A DNA stretch of 59,267 nt, the filler included, from Sphacelaria rigidula (taxonomy: Eukaryota): assembly GCA_964200075.2 (NCBI GenBank). It is 9 parts of 9 records of this genome, joined end to end, with 100 filler letters (N's around TTAATTAATTAA, not from the genome) between each part and the next. Parts side by side here need not be neighbours in the genome. Positions count along the whole stretch, not along the records: positions 32,984 to 39,479 come from CAXNAA020019736.1; positions 39,580 to 46,075 come from CAXNAA020019737.1; positions 46,176 to 52,671 come from CAXNAA020019738.1; 6 more parts are not named here. One strand, given 5' to 3'. Of the stretch, positions 35,911 through 48,826 are shown in pieces. Each line of letters begins with the position of its first letter. Within the stretch, counting starts at the first letter, position 1. The position numbers were made by a program, and so were the translations under genes. The notes below the pieces were generated by a model. The model did not search any database. It was not told the DNA's origin and was given only the letters and a program-made list of their open reading frames with translations.

Positions 35911-36145
35911 ATATCTAGATATTATTCTTCCGGCACTCTGTTAGAGGAGTTTCGGCTGAGGAGAAAATTTGAGCAGCAGCTAATAGCCAGTTTAGCCCGC
36001 AGACGGGAGGAGACCAGCTTGAAGCGCACAGCAAGGGGGGACGCTCCGTGAGCTGGAGGACGCATAAGCCAGGCAAGAGTCTCTCCGTGAAGTATTTGAA
36101 GCACAGACGACATGGCTCAAGCGGCGGCAGCGCCACTGGTGTTAG

Positions 36146-37063
36146 GTGAGCCACTTCAGCCGCCAAAGCATGGCGAAGTATGGACAGAGGAGGCATCACG
36201 CGTTCTTTTCGCGGTATATCTTGCATATATACAGCGTTTTGCGTCTCGCGAATTCACAGGGGATTATACGGCATGAAAGAGTAAGCATAGGGCAACTCAT
36301 TCCTGTCTACATTCACCGCTGCTTCGAAGACATGTACAAGGATGGTCGGGCTATGACCCCCGATGAATTGCTTGATGCTGTGAAGCAGCATGCCGGGTAT
36401 ACCACAACTGGCGGAAAGCATGACGCTGTGCGGGCTGCAGCAGACCTGCGTAGAATTCTTATTATGCCACAAAGCAGTGGGAAATCTGTAAAGAACCGTG
36501 CGATGATGGCCAGTTCAGCTATGGAAAGGTTTTTTGCAGAAAACCTGATGGTGCAAGCCATGTACCGTGCGGAGGACACGAGTTGGTTGCCAGGCCCGGC
36601 CGAGTCGGTTTTCATAGCTTTGGTGGGCGGGATTTCGCCTCCGGGATTCAAGGCGTATGTTAGAAGTGTACTAATGTATGTTGGCGGCCGGAAAAAGAAC
36701 CCGACGGAGGTGTTCGAAAACATATTTGAGGCGGCCGACCAGTGGAAGTTCATTGAAGCACATCGCCGGCGCGACTCTGCGACAAGTGCAGGTGGTATGC
36801 ACCGCAAACACCAACAGCAACAGAAACAGAAGCCGTCTTCGCGAGAGTCGTCCACTCGCGCATGTTACAACTGCGGCGACACCGGGCATATGATCTATCA
36901 GAATCTCGGGGCGGTCGTCACGGTGGACGGGGCCGTGCCAATCAGGGGCGCGGGCGCGGCGGCCGCGGTAGCAAGCAATCGGCGGCGGATGGTGGTTCCT
37001 CCGCTCCTGTTTCTTCCACTACGTCATCAGGTGGTGACTCTGGATCTTATGGTTCGTCCGTAG
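36146..37063 (+). pseudogene. gag: Gypsy gag
   Basis: Homologous to 11138-12358 (KQHAG vs KNHAG; GPAESVFIALVGG vs GPAAVITEALVEG). Zinc knuckle broken by a frameshift. Confidence 0.8.
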
Positions 37064-37388
37064 CGGGGCCGACAGTGTACGTGGAAAATGCAAATACTTC
37101 GGTGGGGAGTGCTGGAGCAAATAGCTCGCAATCCATCGGCCAGGCAGGATCCGTGTCTGGTGCATTCCCTACTGCTGCGACGACTGTAACAGCGCCGTCT
37201 GCATATTCGGCGACTTGGTCTGGTGGGACCGACGATTCGCAGCTATCGATGTCAAGTGCTGGAGGGCAGCCCTGGCGTCAGGTGACTCTTGGGACAGAAC
37301 AGGGTCCTTCGGCAGGCGTGGTACCTGTCGATCGCAAGGCTGAACGCTTACGCGCAGATTTCACCTTGCCTGGTCTGTAGGTTCCTTC

Positions 37389-39295
37389 ATGGCCTGCGTT
37401 ATTCTGGATTCTGGGTCCGCTCTCACGTCGATCGATGTGGGGTTGCTTGAGCAAATGTCTTCGCAGTTTGGCGGCGCTCAGCTTCAGATTCCGTTCGAAA
37501 ACGGACCGCAAACGGCGCAGACCACCACGGGTGCTCCCGTGACGGCTACACACAAAACGATGCTGATTACTGTTAGCGTGCGTACGCCGTGGGGGGCTGT
37601 GGAGTTGCAGCCCATTATGTTCGCTGTCATGCCCGGTAGGGACAACGTCGTTCTATTTGGGATGGTGACAATGAAGGAGCTTGGGGTTGATCTGTATCAT
37701 CAGCTGGCGTTGGAGAAGTTACGTCCACGTGCTGTGCCGGTGCAAACCGGCGTGGAAAACCCCAGTTACCTCGCGTGTGATCGTATCCATACATTCATTC
37801 CAGAGCGCCAATGAGGAGGAGGTTCTTGCTGATGAAGCGGTAGAGCGCTTGGTCGATCGGAGGTCGGACATGTTCATGGAACAAGCAGAGGAGAGAGGTG
37901 CACGAGAACGTGCGCTCGAGGATAGTGTGCGGCAGGCCGAGCAGAAGGGCCTGACCGCCGATGGCGCACATTGTCTGCGCGATAATTTGGCTCGTCGCGT
38001 AGATACATTTCGCCGTGCGCTGCGTGGTGATCCGCCAGCGCGCGTAGAGCCCATGAGAGCGTAGCTCAAGCCCCAGACAAATGCGGTGAAGGCCAACCCC
38101 AGACGGTACGATCCGGTGAAGACCGGGTGGCATGCCTCATGCATCGCAGCTTCGGTGGCGTTTGGTTTAGTGGTTAGGAACACCCAGGCTGTGTGGGCGA
38201 GTCCGGCGATGGCGGTGCCGAAAAGGGATACGTTCCGTTTGGTCAGCGACTATCAGGCGGTGAACGCGCAAGTGGAACAGTCTCCGGGGTTGATGCCAAG
38301 CCAAGAAGACATGCGGGAGTTGCTGAGAGCCCAATGCCTTGGCAAGTTGGACCTGCTACAGGGGTAGTGGCAGATGCCTCTGGCGCCGAAGGCTCAGGAA
38401 ATCTTCGCGATCGTCACGCCGGACGGTTTGTTTACGCCTACTTGTGTCCCGCAGGGCGTGTTGAACGCCACGGCGTATTTCCAAGGTGTGCTGACTGACA
38501 TTTTGCGAGGTCTGTATTGTAAAGTGTGGGTGGATGACGTTTTATATTTTGCTGAAACCAAAGAAGCACTGTTAGCTTTGCTTGACGAAATTCTTGGCTG
38601 CTTGGAGAGTGTTGGTCTGTTCGTCGCTGCGCATAAGTGTATTTTTTTCGCACGCGAAGGGGTTTGGTGTGGTAATATCTACTCCAAGGGTGCTGTTTCG
38701 CATGATCCCGCCCGTATTCAAGGTTTGAGCAATATGCGACGTCCTCAAAACGCTAGTGAGCTGATTCAGTTTCTACAGGCGGTGAATGGGTTGCGGACTT
38801 CGCTCCCGCGCATGACGGAAGTAGTTGCTCCGCCTCGAGTATTTCTGGAACAACTCATGGTCGGGGCTTCGCGTCGGACCAAGCGGATGGCGCGTAATCG
38901 TATCATTCCGGAGGACGCTTGGACGGAGGATCGTGTGCGGGCATGGCGTGCTGCGCAAGATTTGGTGGCGCAAGCGGTGCCGCTGTATCATCCTCGTCCA
39001 AGGCGCGTTGTTCTGATGTTTCCAGATGCTTCGGATTTTCACTGGAGTAGTTTCTTTTACATAAGTGCCTGTCGCAGAGTTAAGTTGTGGCATTGCTCTC
39101 GAAAACACGTCACACGAGCCGTTGGCTTTTCTGGGTGGTAGTTTGAGGGTTCACAGTTGCGGTGGGCGACAGTGGACGAGGAAGGTTTCGCGATAGTCAA
39201 TACATTTCGAAGGCTGGAGTACTTGTTTTGGGGTGGTGTTCGCATTTTCACCAATCATCGCAATCTCAGGTATATTTTTAACCCCGAAGAGTGTG
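37389..39295 (+). pseudogene. pol: Gypsy pol (protease, RT, RNase H)
   Basis: ORF pieces 37389-37814, 37681-38064, 38086-38367 and 38374-39141 carry consecutive pol motifs. Confidence 0.88.
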
Positions 39296-40222
39296 GATGC
39301 AGTTCATAAAAATCAAATTCTCTAGCTTTCACAGATGTTGCGACTTCGGTGCAGTTTGTTACCGTAACCACCTCTGAGGAGACGGGAGTACGCGCAGTAG
39401 AGCAACGAAGGTAGCTATGATCCGGGTTGCCTGCCGTACTGCCGACAGCGTCGCGTGAAAGCCACAAGACCCTTGCAGTNNNNNNNNNNNNNNNNNNNNN
39501 NNNNNNNNNNNNNNNNNNNNNNNTTAATTAATTAANNNNNNNNNNNNNNNNNNNNNNNNNNNNNNNNNNNNNNNNNNNNACGACCTCACCGCCGCTTGTA
39601 CCGCTTCGACAGAGAGATACGCATTACTCATGCCTCTAGCTCCGTCTCTCATCCCACAGCGTTGCCAGATTCAGTCGCCTTGTGAACATGACCTTATATA
39701 TACTACTATATAGGGTACATTTATTCCCGAATGTCCCCCGAGCACTACATGTTAGTGTTATCAACTAGGGTTTACCTTAGGATGGTGACCCAACAAAAAT
39801 ACGGGGGATGGGAGGTCAGGCCTACATAATATGCAAGCAAATGATGAAAAAATCGGAAATCCAAGCCCCGACAACGTAGGCTTTCTTTTGCTTCGAAGGC
39901 TTTTTGTGGGCCAGGGACAGGGTACACCATATTTGCAGTGGCATCACTCCCGGCAACAACCCCCCTCCCACTGGTCGTTCTGATTTGATCGATAAATTTC
40001 GCCTCGCCCTGAGTGGACAGGTCGCTCCCAGACTTGTTTATTATTATTTTACTGACACGTCGTGAACGTGGTGTCGGTGAGCTTCAGTCCCAAAAGGGTT
40101 CAACAGCAGATCCTTGAAATTGGGGATGGAGCTTGTCACTGAGAATGATAATCCCGATTATTAGAATCTTCGCATCCACGCCAATTCTTCGAAATCTGAT
40201 TCAATTCCTTTACCTACTGATA

Positions 40223-40422
40223 GCTATTGACAACTACGACACGCCGTGAAAATCTAGATCTCTGTTACCGAAATTGGGGGGTCCCACGTAAAAAACAGTT
40301 CTCGGGAATTCGGGTGATCCGGCCGGATCACGAAATTCCCAACATTTTCTTTTTCTCCAAGGACCCCCAAATTTTGGCAATCGGAATCTAAATTTTAATG
40401 GCGTGTAGCAGTTGTCAGTAGC
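40223..40422. mobile_element. MITE with long imperfect TIRs
   Basis: GCTATTGACAACTACGACACGCC..AAAAT-TAGAT..AAATTGGGGGGTCC is mirrored by GGACCCCCAAATTT..ATCTAAATTTT..GGCGTGTAGCAGTTGTCAGTAGC. Confidence 0.7.
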
Positions 40423-41714
40423 CACCAGCAGGTGAAGGAATGGAAAAATATCTCGAAGAAATGGTGTGGACGCGAATATTTTATTTTTTGGGTGATCATC
40501 CTCAACGAAAAGCTCCAACCTTAATGTCGATGATCGACTGTTTTTACCATAAAAAAACGCAAGCGAGAAAAAAACGGTAATCTGGTTTCCTAATTCACGC
40601 AGTGAGTGGCTTCTTTCACGGCGTCGTTATCAACCGCCGCCAACCCTTATGCAGGGGGGGGGAATGTAATCATGATCTTGCATTCCACGGTCATATGACC
40701 ATTGACCTCGCATCCCTACAAAGCTGGGACGGAGCACGCCGGGTTTCCGACGGACCAGGCTCGCAATCAATCACCAAGCGCGAAGCGCCGTGATGTGCTC
40801 GGCGAGTCGCAGGGAGGGTGAGCTCCATCCTGCTAAGATTGTTTGGCCCGAAGCTCACTGATTATCTTGCATTCGGATGCCTGCCCCTAATGAGTTGCTT
40901 CATTTTCTAGTACCGTCACTTCCAGAGACGGCCACCGAGGAGGGGGGGGCGTACTCATTTGTTGCTTGCCTTAGTCATTTGACCATTGACCACGCATCCC
41001 TTTCGAGACGGAGGGGGGCGGGAGAGGGGGGGTTAATTCCCTCGAGACTACGGCTTCGTCCACCGCGTGTTGAGTGTTGCAAGTACCACAAGATGGAGAC
41101 ATGAGGAAAAGGTTTATTTCACGTTGGTTCGATTCACCAAGGAATCCAAGCGCTCTGCCGCCGGAAACATGCCTTTTAGTGGTTCTGACACCAAATCGGT
41201 AGACCGAGCCAAGGTATACTGTGTCATCATCCAGATGGAACACCACTCAGATCACCGGGTACGTCAGCTAATGCGAGCGAATCTCCATCCTCATTTGTTC
41301 TGACTGTGGAGGAGGCTTTCGGATGTACATCGAACATGGGGTGTAAGTTGATGATCAGGCGCACTCACTGAAGGAAGCATGCCCCAGTCAGGATTCGTAA
41401 AGGAACAACTAATGTCGTAACATGCTCCGGGGATACTCAATCCCCCCTCACCATCACCACCCCACCTGACCCCCCTCCGTTCCCCACCATTTCAAGAATT
41501 TAGCTGTAATCGCGCATAAGAATACAGCTCAAAGTTTTCAGTGCCGGGATTGCTTTTCTCAGGAGCACGTTCTCGGTGAAGTCGCGGTGAACTTCTGAAG
41601 ACATTTTATTGTACTGTGCGGCAGCTGCATAATGGTACGGTACTGCAAGGTTCCCCTTCGGGACGTTGGTACGGGCCTCCCAGGGGTGACGCAAGTCGAA
41701 AATATATATTTGTC

Positions 41715-43057
41715 AAGTTTTTCGCGATCTTGAAGAAGCTTTTGTGGTCCGGGATTGACACCCCGCGAAAAATGACCAGTTTGAGCGACTTTCGGTGGTC
41801 AGAACACGCGCCACAGGTATCAGACGGCGCCCAAACCTGAACGGTAATGTACCGCTGAGCCTTCTCGGTGCGCTGCAATAGGACGTGTGGGAAAAAATGC
41901 CTTGCCGCGGGAGAAAACTCGGCAAAAGCGGTGAAAATGTGAAATGACACATGTACATAATATACATTATGCGTAAAGGCACTGACAGCGCTTGCACGAC
42001 CGTGTCTCCTGAAGTGAGTACCTGTACAGGCGATACCAAGATAGGTATCGCGTAGAATGACATCATCCAGAGTGTGCCCAACACGGATCGATGCTTGTTT
42101 GCCGGGGCAGGAGCCACCCAGCAGNNNNNNNNNNGGTCATGATGTGGAAGCGAGCGCATCTGCGTGTCCATATATATGCATTCACTGACGTCTCACACAG
42201 TCTGGGCCGAGGGGAGTCCGTTTTGAGGGCGTATCGATGGCATTGCCCAGAATCCGTATTGACTTCGTGCGTCTAGTGCAACACGTAAAACGTGCCGCCG
42301 ATCCGGGAATATGCTGTCTGTGTTGTGGTCTACTCTGTGCCAACTTTCAGGCTGGTTCGGTCAGACACGGCGGAGAAATCCACAAGCAAAGTAACGCGTG
42401 ACTTGTACTGAAAATACAGTACTAAGCCGTCGAAAGATACATGAGGTGCGTACTACTATGATGATACCTGTCATCCCTGTCACAAGGACAAACCTGTCAC
42501 AGGTTCATCCTACGGGTTGCATGATCACAGGGATTTCGGCACCGCCCTTTGCTGGTCAATACAGGTGACCCACAGTGGGGACGTCTGCCCACGTGCGTGC
42601 CTTATTTTACTCGTCAAAGGCTAGCCGCACGGTCTGGTGTTTGCTGCTGACTGAAGGCCAAGGCAATGTTCAATTGTTTTCCACTGCATTGCTCTCATGT
42701 TCTCGTGACGTTGGCGGCATGAGCGGTGTAGTCGTGCTCCCAAATGAACTAGAACCCAACGAAGAGGAACACGGAGGGAAAATACCCCGCCAACAATCAT
42801 CCTACTGCTTGAAGTTTTTTTTTTTATGAAATTGAAAAGGCTTTTTTTGTGGTTCGGGATCGGCACCCCGCGAAAAAGAGCCAGTGCGGGCGATGGCCAG
42901 AACACGCGCCACAGGTATCAGATGACACCCAAACCTAAAAGGTAATGTACCGCTGTGCCTTCTCCGTACACTGCAAAAGAAAGCGCGTGATGAGATGTCT
43001 TACCGCCAGAGAAAACTCGGCAAAAGTGATGAAAAAAGTGAAATAATACATGTACAT
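41715..43057 (+). repeat. Two direct copies of a ~245 bp repeat (41715-41958, 42812-43057)
   Basis: TTTTGTGGT-CGGGAT..CACCCCGCGAAAAA..CAGAACACGCGCCACAGGTATCAGA..GGTAATGTACCGCTG..GAGAAAACTCGGCAAAAG..ACATGTACATA occurs twice. Confidence 0.85.
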
Positions 43058-43861
43058 ATACTTCTAGACCCGAAAATTTCTACGACAGCCCCCCCCGTAC
43101 CCAGCTGAAAAATTGTCACAAAGGAAATGGTTATACAGCGCCTGATGTCTGTATTCAGGCTGCATGAAGTGCCTCATACGGGATGGGCGAAAACGTACCC
43201 GAGCGTGGGAATTTTCAGCTGCTCGTTATGCTCGGCTTGTTTATTTTGATTTACGTATAGATTTCGCCTCCCCAAAAACCAGCCACTTTGGGGCGGGGGA
43301 GGGCTCTCGTAGAAAGTGTCGGCTTTTTATGCTAGGCCGTCCCGTACTCTTCGTGATGTTGTTGGACCGAAAGGCCTGCACGCATCAAACCACACACACG
43401 GCACCATAAATCCTTGTGGATCGAAGGCTGGATATCTTTCAATGGTTGGAAATTCTTTTGGTTGGTTGATTGATTGTCGCACTTTAACTGACCCCCCAGG
43501 AGTCATGATCCAGCCGTAGTCTCATAATAGACGTACCTAAGAAAAACAAAACTGGAACACGCTCTGAGAGAGAGAACTAACAAAAAGCAAAAAAAACAAA
43601 ACATATTCCTGTACGCTACATGTACGTGTCGAACAAGGACGCTAATAATAGTGTACGTACCCAAGCACATGCTTGAACGTTGTTTGTGAAAAGATCGGGG
43701 ACCATCCCAGTAGTCTTTCCAGAGCTTTTTTTTTTATTTTAAAGGACAGGCTATATCAGTGAGGGCAATCCGAGCAAACCTGGAAGCTCTCACTCAAAAG
43801 AGCAATAATATGTCGTTTCGCCGTACCCCGGTGATGTAAATTAAAATGGTACAACTTGTAA

Positions 43862-44003
43862 TGCGTGGGAGGACCGCGTGCTTAGGGGGTCGCATCGTAC
43901 TTCAAAATACCCTAGGATCGACATTTTTCAAAACCAATCGGGCTAGTCCCTGCAGGGACCACGCCCCTGACACTAACCCCTAAACACGCGGTCCTCCCAC
44001 GCA
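43862..44003. mobile_element. MITE (family of 5612-5784)
   Basis: TIR TGCGTGGGAGGACCGCGTG-TTAGGGG / CCCCTAAACACGCGGTCCTCCCACGCA. Confidence 0.75.
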
Positions 44004-46623
44004 CTGCACAATTGGCACCTATGAGGGCGCAAGCTCGCGGATTCGATTTCCGGGAGATGAATTTGTTTGGGACGGGGGCGAGGAGGGCCAGACGGGATGG
44101 GAGACAAGTGTTGTCGAAAACATGAGGACGTGCGTGAGTAGAGTCGTGGCACTTAAACCGTCACACACGGTAGGTGCTGCACATTGGTGCCCAGATTGTT
44201 CTCATTCTGAGGCTCCTACAAATAGGAGCTACACAAAATGTGAGTAAGGAAATTCACGTTTCAAAATCCATTCGAAATGTCCCTTGCCCATGGAAGTGTT
44301 AGTCTTGGCCTCCTCTCATATTTCGGCGTCAGTGATCGGAAACGAGCGCACTTGAACACCCGTTGCAGCTTTCAACGACGATTTGAGGTGGATGTTCGTG
44401 CACAAAAAAGATTCAGAATACCTCCGCTCCCCATCATGGTAGTATGACTCGGAAGCTGCTCGGGGGATGGAGGTTTTCAAGACCCCAAACACGTTAGTCA
44501 CGTGGCTGTTTGTGGAGATTTAAATCCTCACCAACACTTCGTACTCCCCTGGTACGTGCAGGGTTTGATGAGAGCTAACTTGGAAGGAAGCGACATTTTC
44601 GCCCCCGCGAAATTGCCTTTGGCACAATCGCGTTCCAGCATATTTGATGAGCGCTCACCCCTACCACTAACTTCGCACAAACTTCTTGGACTGGCAGCTG
44701 AAACCCCGTGTAAACAGTTTGGCTGAAACACTAAAGCATCAAGTTTCTCGAGCACCCTTTTTCCCTTGTGCAACGGAAGGAGGGAGTTTCGGCGGAAGGT
44801 GAAGAAGGTCGAAAGTCGCGCGCGACATTGTGCGCTGTCAGATACTCTTCTACGTATACTGAAGCGCAGCTCGACCGATTGGGTTCGCCTGAACAGTGTC
44901 ATGGTATTTGAAGGAACTAGCGTCGCTCCGGATATACAGATGAAGTAAATGAACGTTAGATATGACTCTTGGTTAGCCGCCGAGGCATGCCAGTTTGTTG
45001 AAAGATTCAATTTCATGTTCCGAATACTGTAGTCAATGGGAGATACAGTATGGTTGATGTCCGCTGCACATTGAATGATCATGTGCACAACGGATAGTGT
45101 TCCCGGAACGGTCGTTGGATGGAGGATTTCTGCTCTTTGGTTATTGTATTATGATTTGATACGGATGTAATTCCTGCGTAAGGTAGTTACACCATCGCCG
45201 CGAGCCCATCTGAATTCACTCCATCTTGGGCCCAGGCTATCATCAGCCTCGCCGCCGTTGCTCTGAGTTCCAAGTGAGTCCTTACCAAAGCGTTTTGTGG
45301 TCGTGGGGAAACTGCTAGCTCTGGTTCATATTGTAAAATACAAGGAGATAATCTATTTCTATGACAACTGGATTTGAACTACATCTGTGATTTTGGATCT
45401 AGGTCGCTTGTTACTGCGCAGTTGTGCATTGCAATCTGGCACACACGACTTGAGCCTCTGTTCGTGAGGACATATCAGGGCAAAGATGGACTGAGGCTGC
45501 CTTCTCCAAGGCGACTAAGCCATAAGTTCATAATAACAGTGTGTCAATGGTTGGAAGAACTGCACGCTGAGAAGGATGTCACGATTGTTCGGCGGGGTAA
45601 TCGATTAGTCATCACCCAGGGCAAAATTCAATCCGCTATGTAGGCCAACACTTCGTCCTGATATGAGCATCACCACCCCACGGGACTATGCATGGTACGT
45701 ATTTCATGCATCTCCCTAATAGCATAATGCGGTTACCCACCCGTTTCTCCGGATGCACGGACGTCAATCCGATGCTCCCTCTGAGTCATACTACGATAGC
45801 AAGGGGGGGGAGAGGGGGGGGGGATTGGGGCCATTTCTTCCACGAAATTCCACTTCAGATCGTCGTTGAAAGCAGCAACGGTTGTTCTAGTAAGCTTGCT
45901 ACCGATAAATTACGCCCGTCCATACTGCTTGACGCCATTTTCACCCAAATACGAGCACACAGCGAATGTGGTAGGTCGTCTGACACACCTATGAGCCCCC
46001 TTTCCCCTGGAATCACCCCCCCCCCATGGCATGCATGATCACGAGTAGTATACCCCCCTTTCCTAAGGCAAGCAANNNNNNNNNNNNNNNNNNNNNNNNN
46101 NNNNNNNNNNNNNNNNNNNTTAATTAATTAANNNNNNNNNNNNNNNNNNNNNNNNNNNNNNNNNNNNNNNNNNNNTCGGGGGTCCGCCCCTACAAAGCCG
46201 GGACGGAGCACGCCGGGTTCTCGCCGGACCAGGCTAAAGGGTGGGTAAGAACGCGAAACTTGTACTTGAGATATACATTAAGTTCTTCATGACGCGATGC
46301 CTTATCAATGTGCAGAGTTGTTCCCCGATCATTGAAGCAAACCCGCCATTCGGAGAACAATAATCAAAGTCCGAACGGACGCGACAATTTGTGTTGGTTC
46401 TGAGCGTCTCCGGCCCTACCCTTGTTCAGTACCACACGTGACCAATCTCGGCTCGAACAATCTCAGAACAGGCGAATGCGGGGGAAAGCATGGCTTCAGC
46501 AATGAGTAGATGGCGTTACGAACGTGCCTCCCGCTTCCTTGCCCCTCGCGCTTTGTCGTACAAACAAAAGGCGATGATACCGCTAACACGGCCGACACCA
46601 GCAGATCACATCCAGCAGAACAG

Positions 46624-48791
46624 GTGCCATTTCGAGCGGTGTATCTCAACGGGCTGGCGCAGACTGACGATGGTACAGCCATGCGTGAGCTGGTACAGCA
46701 ACTAGGCATCACGGGCCAACGTGTCGCCACCTACAGTAGGTGAGAGGGATTGGAGAAAGAATACACACAACCAACATGATGGGGATGGGTGGTAATGGGC
46801 GACAGTCGATGGTAGCCGAGCAAGAAGGCGAGATATGTGTCTCTTCTGAAATTTGAACTGCGTCGGTGCGACCTACATGTTGAATGCTATTTTTGGGGTC
46901 AGCTCAGCACAATAATACATGGTTGACTCAACCCAGTAGTTTCAGGGTCTCCACCCGTGCTGCACTGTGATTGATTCGTCCCCCCTTCACGCTGTCGTCC
47001 GCCGTTTCTTCGCCGTGTTTTTTCGGTCAATCTCTCGGTGAATGCCAACCATGTTGGTGAAAAAACAAAAATATGCACACGACACACGAAAAAAATGCAG
47101 CAATCTGGAGATGGCAGTGGAATCGATGAGAACTGGTGCTGTAAACGGTGTACCCGTTGTATTCGTCTTGGATCACTTCGAGCAATTCTCGACGCGGAAA
47201 CCCCAGACTCTGCTGTACGCATTGCTTGATCTCTGCCAGGTGAGGCATGACGCTTTCCATTGCGAGAAAGTTGGTCACCGACGTGGGTTTGTTTTGCCCC
47301 CATATGTTTTTCAAGACTTTTCTCGCCGACCATGACTGGTAGTCGGTGTTCCAGTCAAGCTGGCACTTTACCCCTGAAACCCACCCTAAAATAAGCGGGT
47401 GTCTGAGCCCCACTGTAAATAAAATATGTGGTTAAAATGAACGAAGTTTGCATCTCGCTGATTCTAAGTGCGCGAAGGTCAGGCTGCATAGGGTGATCGG
47501 GGGCATTTATTACTTCCTTCTCGGTGAAGTTTGGAATAGTGTCGGTGATGGGGCATGGCAATGCTGTTTCTTGGTGAAGCTGTCATATGATGAGACTACG
47601 GGAAATGATACTGGGGTGTACAAAACGGCCTCACGGGTACATGCTGAATCGAAGGAGGAACCAAACTCCACCCTTTGGATAGCGACTACTGTACAGCACG
47701 ACACTTCGATGTCACCTGGAAACCTCCACTTTTGGTATTTTGGCCAAATATTTTTGCTACGCCACCGGTGTTTTCACTTGTTATTCACTTTGCACACGTA
47801 CCCCTCGACCGGCCAGGACAAACGCATCTGCGCAGCGGTGGTTGGGTTGTCGGTGAACCTGAACGTGTTGGATGCTGCCGAAAAGCGAATCAAGTCGAGA
47901 TTTTCGTTCCGACAGGTACGAGCTGGGCCAGTCAAGAGTACGTGTGAATCTCGCTCAGGCGACGCACGGCGCGATATTAGGAGTTGGACGCTGAAATTTT
48001 GACAACAGCTTTTTATTATCGAAATGCAGAATGTCACGTGAGCAGCAGAGAAGAAAAAAAAAGACGGAAGTTCTGGGCATTTGAAATTTCAGCAAAAACA
48101 AGATAATGTCCTAAGTCCAGGAAAGAAAAATAGAATCTGCAGCTGCTGACGTGAAGTATCAGTTCCTTGGGTGCAGAAGGTCTACCTGAAATTTCAGCTC
48201 AAGACTAGTCGAATTGGGCCATGAATTCAACATTTTCCGTGACGCTGCTGCACTTGTATAAATCTAGTGGTGGCAGATTCCAGTTATAGAGGTCATGAGT
48301 TCGAATCCGACAGATTCTCTTTTTTTTCGTCCGTGGTTAAAGGTAATACATTATGCAGTACATTTTTTTCATTTTTTTTAATTCAGCGGCGGTGCCGTGT
48401 GTTACCAGGTTGGCCTACACTTCACAGTGATATGCTTACATCGGGTTCAGTCGGGAAACTGGGAAAGCTGTGGTGTGAGCAATTTGCCGCTTTTAAGCTG
48501 GCTCAGATCGTATCCGATGCAGTAAGCGGAAGAGGATTTTTAGCACGCGAAGGAAGCAAGGGCCTACAGTGTACGGACAACGAAGCATTTCAAAAGCAGC
48601 AGCCCTTTTGGCTGTGGCACGCTGGCGAATGCGTACTCCATACGCCGTGAAACATTTGTTTTGGCCATGATGCTTCCCCCCCGTCATTCTTCACATAAAT
48701 GGAGACTCGATATACGACTAGTCGAAGATTTGACACGAAATGATCGCCGACGCAGCGAACAGTTCCAAGGAGAAAAAATCTTGCTTTCCTA

Positions 48792-48826
<35 letters not shown>

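Larger units (their letters stand above)
35652..39295 (+). mobile_element. Ty3/gypsy LTR retrotransposon, decayed, 3'-truncated; same lineage as 8474-12989
   Basis: Putative 5' LTR 35652-35910 (TGTAG...GTTACA), gag with CYNCGDTGH, protease ILDSGS, RT (FRLVSDY, GKLDLLQG*WQ, VPQGVLNA, WVDD) and RNase H (FPDAS, ..EEGFAIV, IFTNHRNL). Many stops and frameshifts. Confidence 0.9.

Noticed and set aside
44316..45643. Protein-like ORF fragments on both strands
   Set aside because: No recognisable motifs, multiple stops and no consistent splice pattern; left uncalled.
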